DNA of 64,000 nucleotides from Candidatus Thorarchaeota archaeon (GTDB taxonomy: Archaea > Asgardarchaeota > Thorarchaeia > Thorarchaeales > Thorarchaeaceae). The stretch's first letter is position 1. Each line of letters begins with the position of its first letter. A program made the position numbers and the translations under genes. Shown here piece after piece: positions 31,010 to 40,080 of this stretch. The DNA lies in NCBI GenBank assembly GCA_029855935.1, contig JAGSHN010000025.1:64001-128000 (forward strand), read 5' to 3'. The notes beneath the pieces are model-generated. The model was not told the DNA's origin. It made no database searches and saw only the letters and a list, made by a program, of their open reading frames with translations.

Positions 31010-31199
31010 CCTGTCCCACCATACGATTGGGTCGAGCGGCGACCGAGAGAGACGAGGTCATCGACCCGGTCTTGGATGTCTGTTGGCACTTCACCAAGAT
31101 CTCCCGCGCTGATTTGACCACCATCCTTAATTGTGATACCACGGGGAGCAGACAAGACTCCTCACGTGCATCGTGAATCGCCAAGGAGTTGATACCGAG
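31010..31199 (+). promoter_or_regulatory. Structured 5' leader of trpS
   Basis: TTTTAT box at 30981; stems GGGTCGA/TCGACCC, GTCTGT/GCAGAC, CTCCCG/CGGGGAG, GACTCCT/AGGAGTT. Confidence 0.6.
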
Positions 31200-32345
31200 A
31201 TGAATGAAGAAGATGAGATGGTTGTGACCCCCTGGGAGGTCAGGGGAAGGATTGACTATGACCGACTCATCAAGGAGTTCGGCACTCAGCACATCACAGA
31301 GGAGCTGAGAGCAAGAATCCGGGCTATTACTGGTGAGGACCACTTCTTGCTCAGGAGAGAGCTGGTCTATTCGCACAGAGATCTCGACTGGATACTGGAC
31401 AAGTACGAGAGCGGCGAGAAGTTCGTCCTGTACACTGGGAGAGGCCCCAGCGGTCACACGCATCTGGGCCATCTTGTACCTTGGCGATTCACAAAGTGGC
31501 TTCAGGACCACTTTGAAACACGGTTGTACTTTCAGATGACGAATGATGAGAAATTCCTGTTCAACCAAGACATATCGATAGAAGATGTTCACAGATACAC
31601 GTACGATAACACGCTAGACCTCCTCGCACTGGGCTTCGAGCCGGAGAACACCTACATCATTGACGACATCAGGCACATCGACCTGATGTATGAGATAGGC
31701 ATCCGTGTGGCCAAGAAGGTCACATTCTCCACTGCGCGTGCCGTGTACGGTTTTGACAACAGTATGAACATCGGCGCCATCTGGTACACCGCTCTTCAGG
31801 CGGTCCCAGCATTCCTCCACTCCGAGATCTATGGGGTCAAGACCCCGTGCCTGATCCCGTGTGCCATCGACCAAGATCCGTACTGGCGAGTGGCCAGGGA
31901 CGTTGCAGAGAGGCTTGGATATTACAAGCCCGCCTCCATCCAGAACAAGTTCGTACCAGGGCTGGCGGAGGGCGGCAAGATGTCGGCCTCGGACCCCGAC
32001 TCTGCTATCTTCACCATCGACACGCCCAAGGAGGCGAGACGAAAGGTGATGAATGCCTTTACTGGAGGGCGCACATCTGCGAGAGAGCAGAGGGAACTCG
32101 GGGGAAATCCGGATGTCTGTTCCGTGTTCCTCTACTACAAGTTCGTCTTCATGCCCGATGACAAGGATCTGGCCGACATCGAGCAGAAGTGCCGGGGCGG
32201 TGAGATACTCTGCGGGGAGTGCAAGCAGATACTTGCGGGAATGGTGGAGGAGTTCCTAGAGCGACATCAGATGGCTCGCGAGGAGGTCAAGGACCGCGTG
32301 GAGGAATTCTCTGCTGCACGGCTGAGAGAGGAGAAGAGGCGCTGA
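31200..32345 (+). CDS. trpS: Tryptophan--tRNA ligase (archaeal/eukaryotic type)
   Basis: VTPWEV, YTGRGPS, HLGH, AIDQDPY, KMSAS, CGECK. Confidence 0.97.
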   Translation: MNEEDEMVVTPWEVRGRIDYDRLIKEFGTQHITEELRARIRAITGEDHFLLRRELVYSHRDLDWILDKYESGEKFVLYTGRGPSGHTHLGHLVPWRFTKWLQDHFETRLYFQMTNDEKFLFNQDISIEDVHRYTYDNTLDLLALGFEPENTYIIDDIRHIDLMYEIGIRVAKKVTFSTARAVYGFDNSMNIGAIWYTALQAVPAFLHSEIYGVKTPCLIPCAIDQDPYWRVARDVAERLGYYKPASIQNKFVPGLAEGGKMSASDPDSAIFTIDTPKEARRKVMNAFTGGRTSAREQRELGGNPDVCSVFLYYKFVFMPDDKDLADIEQKCRGGEILCGECKQILAGMVEEFLERHQMAREEVKDRVEEFSAARLREEKRR

Positions 32346-32455
32346 CACGGCAATGGCGCCAGAGGTTGCTCGCGGGACACACGGAACATCCTATGCGGCC
32401 GGACAGGTCGTCAACCGAAGAAGTAAAGTCATCACGGGACTCGGGACTGCTGCGT

Positions 32456-32512
32456 GTGCTGACAATCGGAATCGGTCAGACCAACTCCGTCATTGGTCAT
32501 ATTGATGCCAAT
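32456..32512 (+). pseudogene. 5' remnant of the carbon-nitrogen hydrolase gene
   Basis: VLTIGIGQTNSVIGHIDAN versus MVRIGIGQMSPVIGDTRSN at 35017; shared DNA aatcggaatcgg.cag..gtcattgg. Confidence 0.6.
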
Positions 32513-32647
32513 CCGATCTCGCTCAACTTCGTCGGGTCGCCCCGGGTCATTTTGTCCACCATCATCGTGGTGATACCGCTGGACACGACCCATCTAGTCT
32601 TGCAGAGCGGGCAGGGGTATCTTGGAGAAAAAATCAGAATTGACCAA

Positions 32648-33607
32648 CTACATTCGCACTCCATAGACACAACGTTCGTTCTTGCTGTTTGCTAGAAGCC
32701 ATTTCACGCCCACAATCTGATAGGCATCCTTGAGGATCTCGATGGTTCTGCTGACAAGAGCCTTCTTACCTGTCTCTGACTTGTAGATCAGTTTTGACGT
32801 CATCAGCAAATGTCCGTTCTCCCTCAGCAGGTCACTAGCACGAACCATTGTCTCTGCGCTCTCTCTTGGATCCCGATTCATGTCACACACTATCATATCA
32901 AATGGTGCATATCGCCCCAGTTCATCAATGACGCTCTCAAATTTGGCGCGGATATGAACGATGTTTGGTGCCTCAATCTGGAGATTTGCAGGATCAACTG
33001 CAATGACTTTGGCAGTACGACCGCAGAGATATTGTGACCAACCTCCGGGTGCAGCTCCAATATCCAGTACATTCCAAGTCTTCGACACTGGAATGTTGAA
33101 TCTCTGAATTGCCTCCTCAATCTTGTAATATGCTCCACATACAGGCTCGAACGTCTTCGCTTTTTTTCTGAAAAAGAATTCGCGGGGAAAAATGCCATAG
33201 TAATAGACATCTTGAATCTGCAATACATACAGCACTGTAGTAAAATGAGTTGGGGAGAGTTCAACGTGTTCTTCCAGCATTGCCAACAGCTGGTCTTGTA
33301 GAGCCCTTGGATGACCTTGGACCCTCAACACCATGGTCTCGTCCTTATCAATGAAGCCATCTTGAGCGACACTGGAGAAAAAGGATGGAAGTTCAGTTGA
33401 TGTAGCATTGGCAAGGAATACCCTGTTAACATAGCGCGATGGATATGTGTTTTCAATAGCCTTCAGGAATTCGATGCCCTCTTCCTGAGAAATGGAAGTT
33501 CTCACAAACCGTTCCATATGTTCAAATTGGTAGGGATAGATTTCACACAAATAGGTCGAGAGCCTTCTCGATACATCGGACTCTATGAAGACATCAATAG
33601 TGCCCAT
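32648..33607 (-). CDS. FtsJ/RlmM-like SAM-dependent RNA 2'-O-methyltransferase with THUMP-like N-terminus
   Basis: AYYKIEEA, LDIGAAPGGWS, VIAVDPA, MIVCDMN, TSKL, NERC (K-D-K-E); visibly AT-richer DNA. Confidence 0.82.
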   Translation of the reverse strand: MGTIDVFIESDVSRRLSTYLCEIYPYQFEHMERFVRTSISQEEGIEFLKAIENTYPSRYVNRVFLANATSTELPSFFSSVAQDGFIDKDETMVLRVQGHPRALQDQLLAMLEEHVELSPTHFTTVLYVLQIQDVYYYGIFPREFFFRKKAKTFEPVCGAYYKIEEAIQRFNIPVSKTWNVLDIGAAPGGWSQYLCGRTAKVIAVDPANLQIEAPNIVHIRAKFESVIDELGRYAPFDMIVCDMNRDPRESAETMVRASDLLRENGHLLMTSKLIYKSETGKKALVSRTIEILKDAYQIVGVKWLLANSKNERCVYGVRM

Positions 33608-33876
33608 AACGGAGGCAACCGCCTAACTTGTTTAAAAGTCGTTTTAGATATGGGAGTCGTGAGCGGGCCACGAACAGCAAACTTGTCTGCCAATACAAGT
33701 GGGGAGGCCAAGACTATTGATGGCGACATAGAAGTTACTGAATTACCGGAAAAAACTGCGGAGGCTCGAGATACTCCCACGTGACCAAAGCGATTACTGA
33801 TTGATTCACTGTGTGCCACGCGGACGGGGGTATTCTGGGCCCTACTATCTCTAACAGATTGGGTCAGGTATGTGAT

Positions 33877-34120
33877 CTACGGGGTCTCGCGCGGCCGCGA
33901 CCATGAGAGGTCTATTCGCAGACGAGTGAACTGTCTTCTGGGGCTGACCTCGATGCCCTCAACGGGCTCTTCTGGGGGGAGCACGATATTGCCCTCCTTC
34001 TTACTCGGCATCGGCAGTTCGGGCCAATTGCCCTGACGAAGGTGTTCTGCGGTTGCCGCGAGGAGTTCACTGACTGAGGAGAGTCTTTTCCTCTTCAAAC
34101 TCATAGTCGCCTATTCGCAT
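33877..34120 (-). pseudogene. Frameshifted second copy of the amphi-Trp gene
   Basis: Close DNA similarity to 30690-30931; the ATG at 34120 is out of frame with the body. Confidence 0.8.
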
Positions 34121-34279
34121 CCGCTGCACCTCTGGGAGATATGACTTCAACATAGCACTCCGTGGCCCCTTCTATGCGTGACTGCGGCGCAGACCGACGT
34201 ATCTCACGATATTGTTCAGTCTGGTAGCGAGCAGGAGAGATGATGCCTCTGGTAGAGTTGCAGCCGACGTGTCGCGAAA

Positions 34280-34906
34280 AAGGTGACACTCTCCACTGCG
34301 CGTGCCGTGTACGGTTTTGACAATAGTATGAACATCGGCGCCATCTGGTACACCGCCCTTCAGACGCTCCCGGCGTTCCTCCATTCCGAGAACTACGGGG
34401 TCAAGACCCCGTGCCTGATTCCGTGCGCCATCGACCAAGACCCCCATTGGCGAGTCGCGAAAGACGTGGCGGAGAAGCTAGGCTACTATGGGCCCGGATC
34501 GATTCAGAACAAGTTCGTCCCCCGTCTTGCAGAGGGCGGAAAGATGGCGGCGTCTGACCCGATGTTGGCTATCTTCACTGTGGACTCCCCAAAGATGGCC
34601 AAAAACGAAGTGATGAACGCCTTCAGGGGTGGCCGTACGTCGGCAAAGGAGCAGCGGGAGCTTGGTGGCAGTCCGGACATCGCTTCGGTGTTCATGTACT
34701 ACAAGTTCGTCTCTATGCCCGACGACAGGGACCTTCAGCACATAGAACAGAAATACCGCGGCGGAGAGATACTCTGCGGCGAGTGCAAGCAGATACTCGT
34801 TCTATGGTGGCCAATCTTCTCGAGAGAAATCAGGCTGCCAGAGAGGAGGCAAAGGAGAGTCGACGAGTTCTCCGCCTCACATCTGAGAGATGAGATCAGA
34901 CGATAG
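34280..34906 (+). pseudogene. trpS: 5'-truncated, diverged second copy of trpS
   Basis: Matches 31716-32345; lacks the HIGH region; KMSAS changed to KMAAS; frameshifted tail. Confidence 0.88.
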
Positions 34907-35016
34907 TGGATACTCCCGCCCGGTGCCTAGACGCTGAGCGATGAGCGTCATTCTGCTTGCCCCCGACCAACAAAGGTATAGGGCCGTGTTTGCGCACCAC
35001 GGCAGGGAGATGAGAC

Positions 35017-35811
35017 TTGGTACGAATCGGAATCGGCCAGATGTCTCCAGTCATTGGCGACACGAGGTCGAATCTCAAGATACTTGATCGGTTGCTCTAT
35101 GAGGCTGAGAGGGCCGAGGTGAACGTCCTAGTCCTACCAGAGCTCGCCAACTCGGGATACGCATTCGAGACTGGCGAGGAGGCTGCAGCAAGTGCCGAGG
35201 TCATACCAGAGGGGCCGTTCTCCAGTAGGCTTGCTGACTGGTCCAGCCGCGGGCTTGTGATCTCCGGGATCTGCGAGACCGATGGGGATGATCTGTACAA
35301 CTCCGCTGCTGTGTTCGCAGATGGTGACTACATTGTGACGTATAGGAAGGTCCATCTCTTCAACAGGGAGAAGCTGTTCTTCAAGCCAGGAGACAAGGAA
35401 CCACCTGTCATCGAATACGGAGGACACAGGTACGGCCTGATGATATGCTGGGACTGGGTGTTCCCAGAGATGGCGAGAATACTGGCATTGAAGGGCGCGC
35501 AGGTGATTCTTCATCCTGCCAATCTCGTTCTACCGTACTGCCACAGGGCGATGGTCACAAGGTCCATTGAGAACGGAGTCTTCACGGTCACCGCAAACCG
35601 AACGGGAACGGAGAGAGGCCTCAAGTTCTACGGGGAGTCGCAGGTCGTCTCACCGCGTGGTGAGGTCTTGCTCAAGATGAGCGGTGATGAAACAGCTGTC
35701 AGATGGGTCGATGTCAATCCGGCAGACGCAGACGACAAGATGCTGACTGAGAGGAATCATCTGCTCAGAGACCGCAGGCCCGCGATATACAGACGTCTTG
35801 TAGAAGAGTGA
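35017..35811 (+). CDS. Carbon-nitrogen hydrolase (nitrilase family)
   Basis: LPEL, YRKVHL, ICWDW catalytic E-K-C triad. Confidence 0.92.
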   Translation: MVRIGIGQMSPVIGDTRSNLKILDRLLYEAERAEVNVLVLPELANSGYAFETGEEAAASAEVIPEGPFSSRLADWSSRGLVISGICETDGDDLYNSAAVFADGDYIVTYRKVHLFNREKLFFKPGDKEPPVIEYGGHRYGLMICWDWVFPEMARILALKGAQVILHPANLVLPYCHRAMVTRSIENGVFTVTANRTGTERGLKFYGESQVVSPRGEVLLKMSGDETAVRWVDVNPADADDKMLTERNHLLRDRRPAIYRRLVEE

Positions 35812-36171
35812 CTAGAACCTGAGCGGCGCGCGCCCTCTCCACTTGTCGGCGGGATACTTGATGGCGTTCCGCTCCATCTTCGACACTATCGCGTCGGAGA
35901 GGTCAATGTCAAGAGCATCCGCGAGACGCACAAGATAGATGATCACGTCTGCCATCTCGTCAGCCACTGCACCTCTGAACTCCTCTGAGTCAGACAGGCG
36001 AGCGACATCATCGTCGGTGAGCCACTGGAAATTCGCCAGTAGCTCGCCCATCTCGATGGCCGCAGACATCGCCAGTGCTGAGGGCCGATGAAATCTCTCC
36101 CAGTCGCGTTCCCTAACGAATCTCCGCACTATCTCGGTGATGCGCCCCAGTGTGAGGTCGCCATCGGACAA
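35812..36171 (-). CDS. MazG-like nucleotide pyrophosphohydrolase (DCTPP1-like)
   Basis: ERDWERFH, EMGEL, DEMADV, KMERNAIKYP. Confidence 0.9.
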   Translation of the reverse strand: MSDGDLTLGRITEIVRRFVRERDWERFHRPSALAMSAAIEMGELLANFQWLTDDDVARLSDSEEFRGAVADEMADVIIYLVRLADALDIDLSDAIVSKMERNAIKYPADKWRGRAPLRF

Positions 36172-36186
36172 GACTGCACTCTCCGA

Positions 36187-36678
36187 CTACTCTGGCGGGT
36201 TGGTCATCGTCCTCTGGATCAGCCACAGTGTATAGAGTGCGAAGAACACTATCATAGCGGTACCGTAAAGGAGAGAGGTCTCAATGCCAGGAAAGAGATG
36301 ACCCCCCATTATTGTCACAATTGTGTCGGCGGTACCGAGAACACCACAGACAAGGGCGATGAGAATGTTCGTGAGCCCGCCGTACTTCATCCGGGACTCT
36401 GTTGGCGTGTACCAGACATTGATGCCCATCACAATGGCCACTCCGACGAGTATCCATAGGAGGTACATCCCTACGAAGAGCCAGTTGTACACGCGCCACA
36501 CAGAGTATGGCGTGAGGAGTACTATCCCGAATCCAAGGAGCATCAGGACAAAGACCGTCGGCGGCCACGGATCCTCTGCGAACTTCTTGAGTCGGCTGGG
36601 CTCAAACTCGACACCGAGTTCTTCCACGAGATCGGCATCACGTTGCTCATCTTGCGGGTCGGCCTCATCGTGGGTCAT
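36187..36678 (-). CDS. Hypothetical membrane protein (4 TM)
   Basis: Hydrophobic ORF from MTHDE. Confidence 0.7.
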   Translation of the reverse strand: MTHDEADPQDEQRDADLVEELGVEFEPSRLKKFAEDPWPPTVFVLMLLGFGIVLLTPYSVWRVYNWLFVGMYLLWILVGVAIVMGINVWYTPTESRMKYGGLTNILIALVCGVLGTADTIVTIMGGHLFPGIETSLLYGTAMIVFFALYTLWLIQRTMTNPPE

Positions 36679-36795
36679 TGTCCATCCAGACAGCCGAGGA
36701 AAGACCCCGTTAAAACCCTTGTCGTCAGCACCGGGACCCAGCTCGGACGGTCTACCCACACAACGGTTAAGTTTACCGAGGCTGTAACCTCCCCT

Positions 36796-37389
36796 ATGTC
36801 TGACGACATCTCTGACGCCAAGGTGCTGCTGCAACAGGCGAGAGTCCTGAGACAGCAGGGGGAGAACAAGAAGGCCATCAAGGCCTACAGGGACGTTCTT
36901 GACTTGGACCCCGACTGCATTGATGCTCTCAACGAGATGGGAGAGGTCCTCATCAAGATTGGCGAGCAGTCAGAGGCGATAAGGGCCTTTGACACAGCGA
37001 TATCCAAGAGACCCAAGGACTACAGGGCCCACTCGAACAAGGCCGAGGCCTACCTGACAATCGGAGACTTCGACAGTGCGCTGATGGCGGCTGAGGAGGG
37101 CCTGCGCCACTGCCCCGACTCAGAGGAGTTGTGGGTCAAGAAGGCAAGGGCGCTTGAGAGCGTGTTCAAAATCGAGGAGGCGGCCGAGGCCTACCGCCAA
37201 GCGCTGAAGATCAACTCTACCGACCCCGAGATCTGGAAGGCACTGGCACTGACACTCGACGCACTGCAGAAATGGGAAGAGGTCGCCAGAGCGTATACGA
37301 TAGCCGCGGACCTACACAAGAGGCGTGGTGAGATGCAGGACTATGAGAGCTGCCTCAGATTCGCCAAGATGGCGAAGGAGTCCTCGTAG
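36796..37389 (+). CDS. TPR protein
   Basis: About five 34-aa TPR repeats. Confidence 0.88.
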   Translation: MSDDISDAKVLLQQARVLRQQGENKKAIKAYRDVLDLDPDCIDALNEMGEVLIKIGEQSEAIRAFDTAISKRPKDYRAHSNKAEAYLTIGDFDSALMAAEEGLRHCPDSEELWVKKARALESVFKIEEAAEAYRQALKINSTDPEIWKALALTLDALQKWEEVARAYTIAADLHKRRGEMQDYESCLRFAKMAKESS

Positions 37390-37498
37390 GCACTGAGCCA
37401 GAAGATTGGCAGTGCAGGAATCGTGGGCCTCATAGAAAAAAAAGGAGAGGAGAGACGGTCCGTGAGGATCACCGCTACCGTCTCTCGCGTTCAACCTC

Positions 37499-39199
37499 TC
37501 ACCTACGCCGGCGAGACCTGCGTCGGCGCGACTTCTTCAACCAGCCCATCTTGTAGGCAAGAGCCAATACGAGAGACACGACAATTGCTGCAATGATTGG
37601 ACCGTACTGTACCAAGAACTGTTGCAGCGGGCTCAGCGTAGTGGTTGTTGTGGTCGTCGTGGTCGTTGTGGTCGTCGTGGTCACAACAGAGCCGAGTCTA
37701 TCACGAACGTGAATCACCATCGGGACCCCGGTGTGCCACGTGGAGCCTACAAGTATCCGAGCGACCACTGTGATGTTTGTCCCGTCGGGCTGTGGATCAA
37801 TGAGATAGTAGTATGTCTCGTAGTCGCCCTCCTCGGACTTGGTGATGTTGTTGATTATTGAAACGTTCGTCCAGTCGCCGGACCCTATCTTGATGTCCAG
37901 CTCAACATCATCAACGGGGCTGGAGTTCAAAGCATGAGCGAACACCGTCACGTTGATCGGAGATGTGCTCTTCGGGATGTTCGGCTCCCAATAGAGGTTC
38001 ACATCATCCTGGACGTCCGTGTCCGCAATGCTCCAGTCAAAGTCGTAGATCTGCTGATACCACTGGGCCACATCTTGATTCTCGACTATCACACCAGCCT
38101 CGCGGTTCTCCGTGATGCTGCCGTCACTGAAGTTGATACTACAGATGAGGACAATACGCCCATCAGCGATGACTGCCTTGTTGTGGTTCGCTGTGAACCA
38201 GCGGGTGTCCTGCCACACAATCGGGATGCCATTGCTGTGGAGGATGTCTGCAATCTCAAGATAGTCCTTCTCCTCCTCAGTTATGACGCGGACAGTGACA
38301 CCACGTCGCTTGGCGGCAAGTATTGCATCGACTATCTGGTCAACAGCACCACCATCGCCCACGTTTGTGAAGTACGGTATCTGGATGTCAAGGGTCACCT
38401 GAGCGCTGTTTATCACATACAGGTAGGCCTGCAGGCTCGTGTCAGGACTGAAGACGGGTGTCACATTCATTTGCCCGCTGAAATGACCCGGTTCGGCAAA
38501 CGGACGCGGATATGTGCTGCTCGACTCGGTGTATGATAGTGGTGCCCCTGTTCCGTCCGTGACGGGATCATAGTCTCTCCCACGGCTCCAGTCGTAGTCG
38601 AAGACATTCCTGTAGTATGCCGTGACATCGATGTCGGTCATCGCAATGCTCCACTCGCGGTTGGCCTTCTTGCCTGCCTCGGGGAAGGAGGTCTTGGCCC
38701 AGTTTCCGGCATGGATCACGGTCGTCTTGTTGTCAATTATCACGAACTTCTGATGCGCATACGTGAAGTCAGAGCTGTTAGTCCATCTCACCTCGAACCC
38801 AAGCTGAGTAAGGTTGTTGGCCACGTACTTGTTCGGCTCAGGATAGCCAAGGCTGTTCCAGCCGATTAGAAACTTCATGTCAAGACTGGGTCGCTCGGCG
38901 TGAATCTCGTGGATGAGGTCCAAGATGTACGGATTGTTGATGCCGTAGATCTCCACATAGATGCTCTGACGCGCACTGCGCAGAATCTGCCACAGCGCAT
39001 CGCGACTGCCATCCGGGCTCGCGAATGTTGTCACATTCATGTTCTTGTGAAAGGTCTGCCACTCGAATGCGAGTGGTACTGTACTCTCGGTAGGTAGTGT
39101 AGTTGTAGCCCGTGCGGGCGTCGGGGACAGCATGATGATAGCTGGAGAGATCATAAGGAGGATTGCAAAGAGAACAGATATTCGAGTATGAAACTTCAC
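37499..39199 (-). CDS. Exported, membrane-anchored phospholipase D-family protein
   Basis: Signal peptide; two HKD motifs (HQKFVIID, HNKAVIAD); poly-Thr linker, TM helix, Arg-rich tail. Confidence 0.88.
   Translation of the reverse strand: MKFHTRISVLFAILLMISPAIIMLSPTPARATTTLPTESTVPLAFEWQTFHKNMNVTTFASPDGSRDALWQILRSARQSIYVEIYGINNPYILDLIHEIHAERPSLDMKFLIGWNSLGYPEPNKYVANNLTQLGFEVRWTNSSDFTYAHQKFVIIDNKTTVIHAGNWAKTSFPEAGKKANREWSIAMTDIDVTAYYRNVFDYDWSRGRDYDPVTDGTGAPLSYTESSSTYPRPFAEPGHFSGQMNVTPVFSPDTSLQAYLYVINSAQVTLDIQIPYFTNVGDGGAVDQIVDAILAAKRRGVTVRVITEEEKDYLEIADILHSNGIPIVWQDTRWFTANHNKAVIADGRIVLICSINFSDGSITENREAGVIVENQDVAQWYQQIYDFDWSIADTDVQDDVNLYWEPNIPKSTSPINVTVFAHALNSSPVDDVELDIKIGSGDWTNVSIINNITKSEEGDYETYYYLIDPQPDGTNITVVARILVGSTWHTGVPMVIHVRDRLGSVVTTTTTTTTTTTTTTTLSPLQQFLVQYGPIIAAIVVSLVLALAYKMGWLKKSRRRRSRRRR
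37638..37685 (-). repeat. ACN codon run encoding a poly-Thr linker
   Basis: gtggttgttgtggtcgtcgtggtcgttgtggtcgtcgtggtc on the plus strand. Confidence 0.85.
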
Positions 39200-39291
39200 G
39201 GTTGTTGCCCCATTGTTTGAAACTGTTCAACTTGTCTTGATACAGCACTTATAACTTGTCTTCGGGTACATCCAAGTGAGAGTGATATGCT

Positions 39292-39549
39292 GTGCGACTC
39301 TATTACCGAGTGAGCCCGAGTGAATACCGCGAGATGCTGGACAAGGTGAAGGAAAGGTTTGGCATGCACGAAGAGATCGATGAGGACAAGACAATGCTGA
39401 TGCTTGATGATACGTCAAGAATCGAACTCGTGAGTGCGAGCTACGACCCCACTACCGATGAGGACGTTCACATTCGAGTTGTGATCAACGATGAGTCACT
39501 GAGAGAGGTCTTCGATGGTGTGTTCGGCCCACCGTATCGTGTGAAATAG
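39292..39549 (+). CDS. Small hypothetical protein
   Basis: 85-aa ORF with typical codon usage, downstream of a TTATAA box. Confidence 0.65.
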   Translation: MRLYYRVSPSEYREMLDKVKERFGMHEEIDEDKTMLMLDDTSRIELVSASYDPTTDEDVHIRVVINDESLREVFDGVFGPPYRVK

Positions 39550-39657
39550 ACAATTCGAAAAAAAGCGGAGATACCCGCAGACAGGGACACTGCCTCACAC
39601 TCGAAGCAGAATCCCTGTCGTGCGCCCCTACTGTCTTGCTGACCAGTGTAGGACCAA

Positions 39658-39843
39658 CTAGCCCTCTGAGATTGCGCCCTCGGGACAGCTGTCCACACAG
39701 GCATAGCATTCGGTGCACTCGTCTGCCCGATCGACCAGGTACTTTGCCTTGTCATTGATCTCGTACAGCGGAGGTTCTATGGGACAGGCTTCCGCACAGG
39801 TGCCACATCCAGTGCACAGATTCTCGTCTACCTTCCAGATCAT
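39658..39843 (-). CDS. 2x[4Fe-4S] ferredoxin
   Basis: CTGCGTCAEACP and CTECYACVDSCP. Confidence 0.93.
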   Translation of the reverse strand: MIWKVDENLCTGCGTCAEACPIEPPLYEINDKAKYLVDRADECTECYACVDSCPEGAISEG

Positions 39844-40080
39844 ATCTGTCACCTTCCGAACCGCTCGTTCGGCGACGGTGGGGCGACCGTATTGGCTTTT
39901 AAATTTCGGGGTATCACCGCGAACGGAACATACAGCAGATGGCCACGTGGCCGAGAGAGAGGCTCTACGAGGCCATTTCAAGCACATCAAAAATTTGAAA
40001 AGAACCCACTTGCGCCCTACGAGTTCAACGACTCTCACAAGAGACTCCTGCCGGGGAGGACGTACAGGGAAGGAAAGGCC

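Noticed and set aside
31010-31199. Canonical T-box riboswitch call for the aaRS leaders
   Set aside because: No complete T-box consensus, antiterminator or intrinsic terminator is visible; kept only as an alternative to test.
32346-34280. Integrative element using trpS as attachment site
   Set aside because: No integrase or transposase; the repeats are long, diverged gene duplicates rather than att sites.
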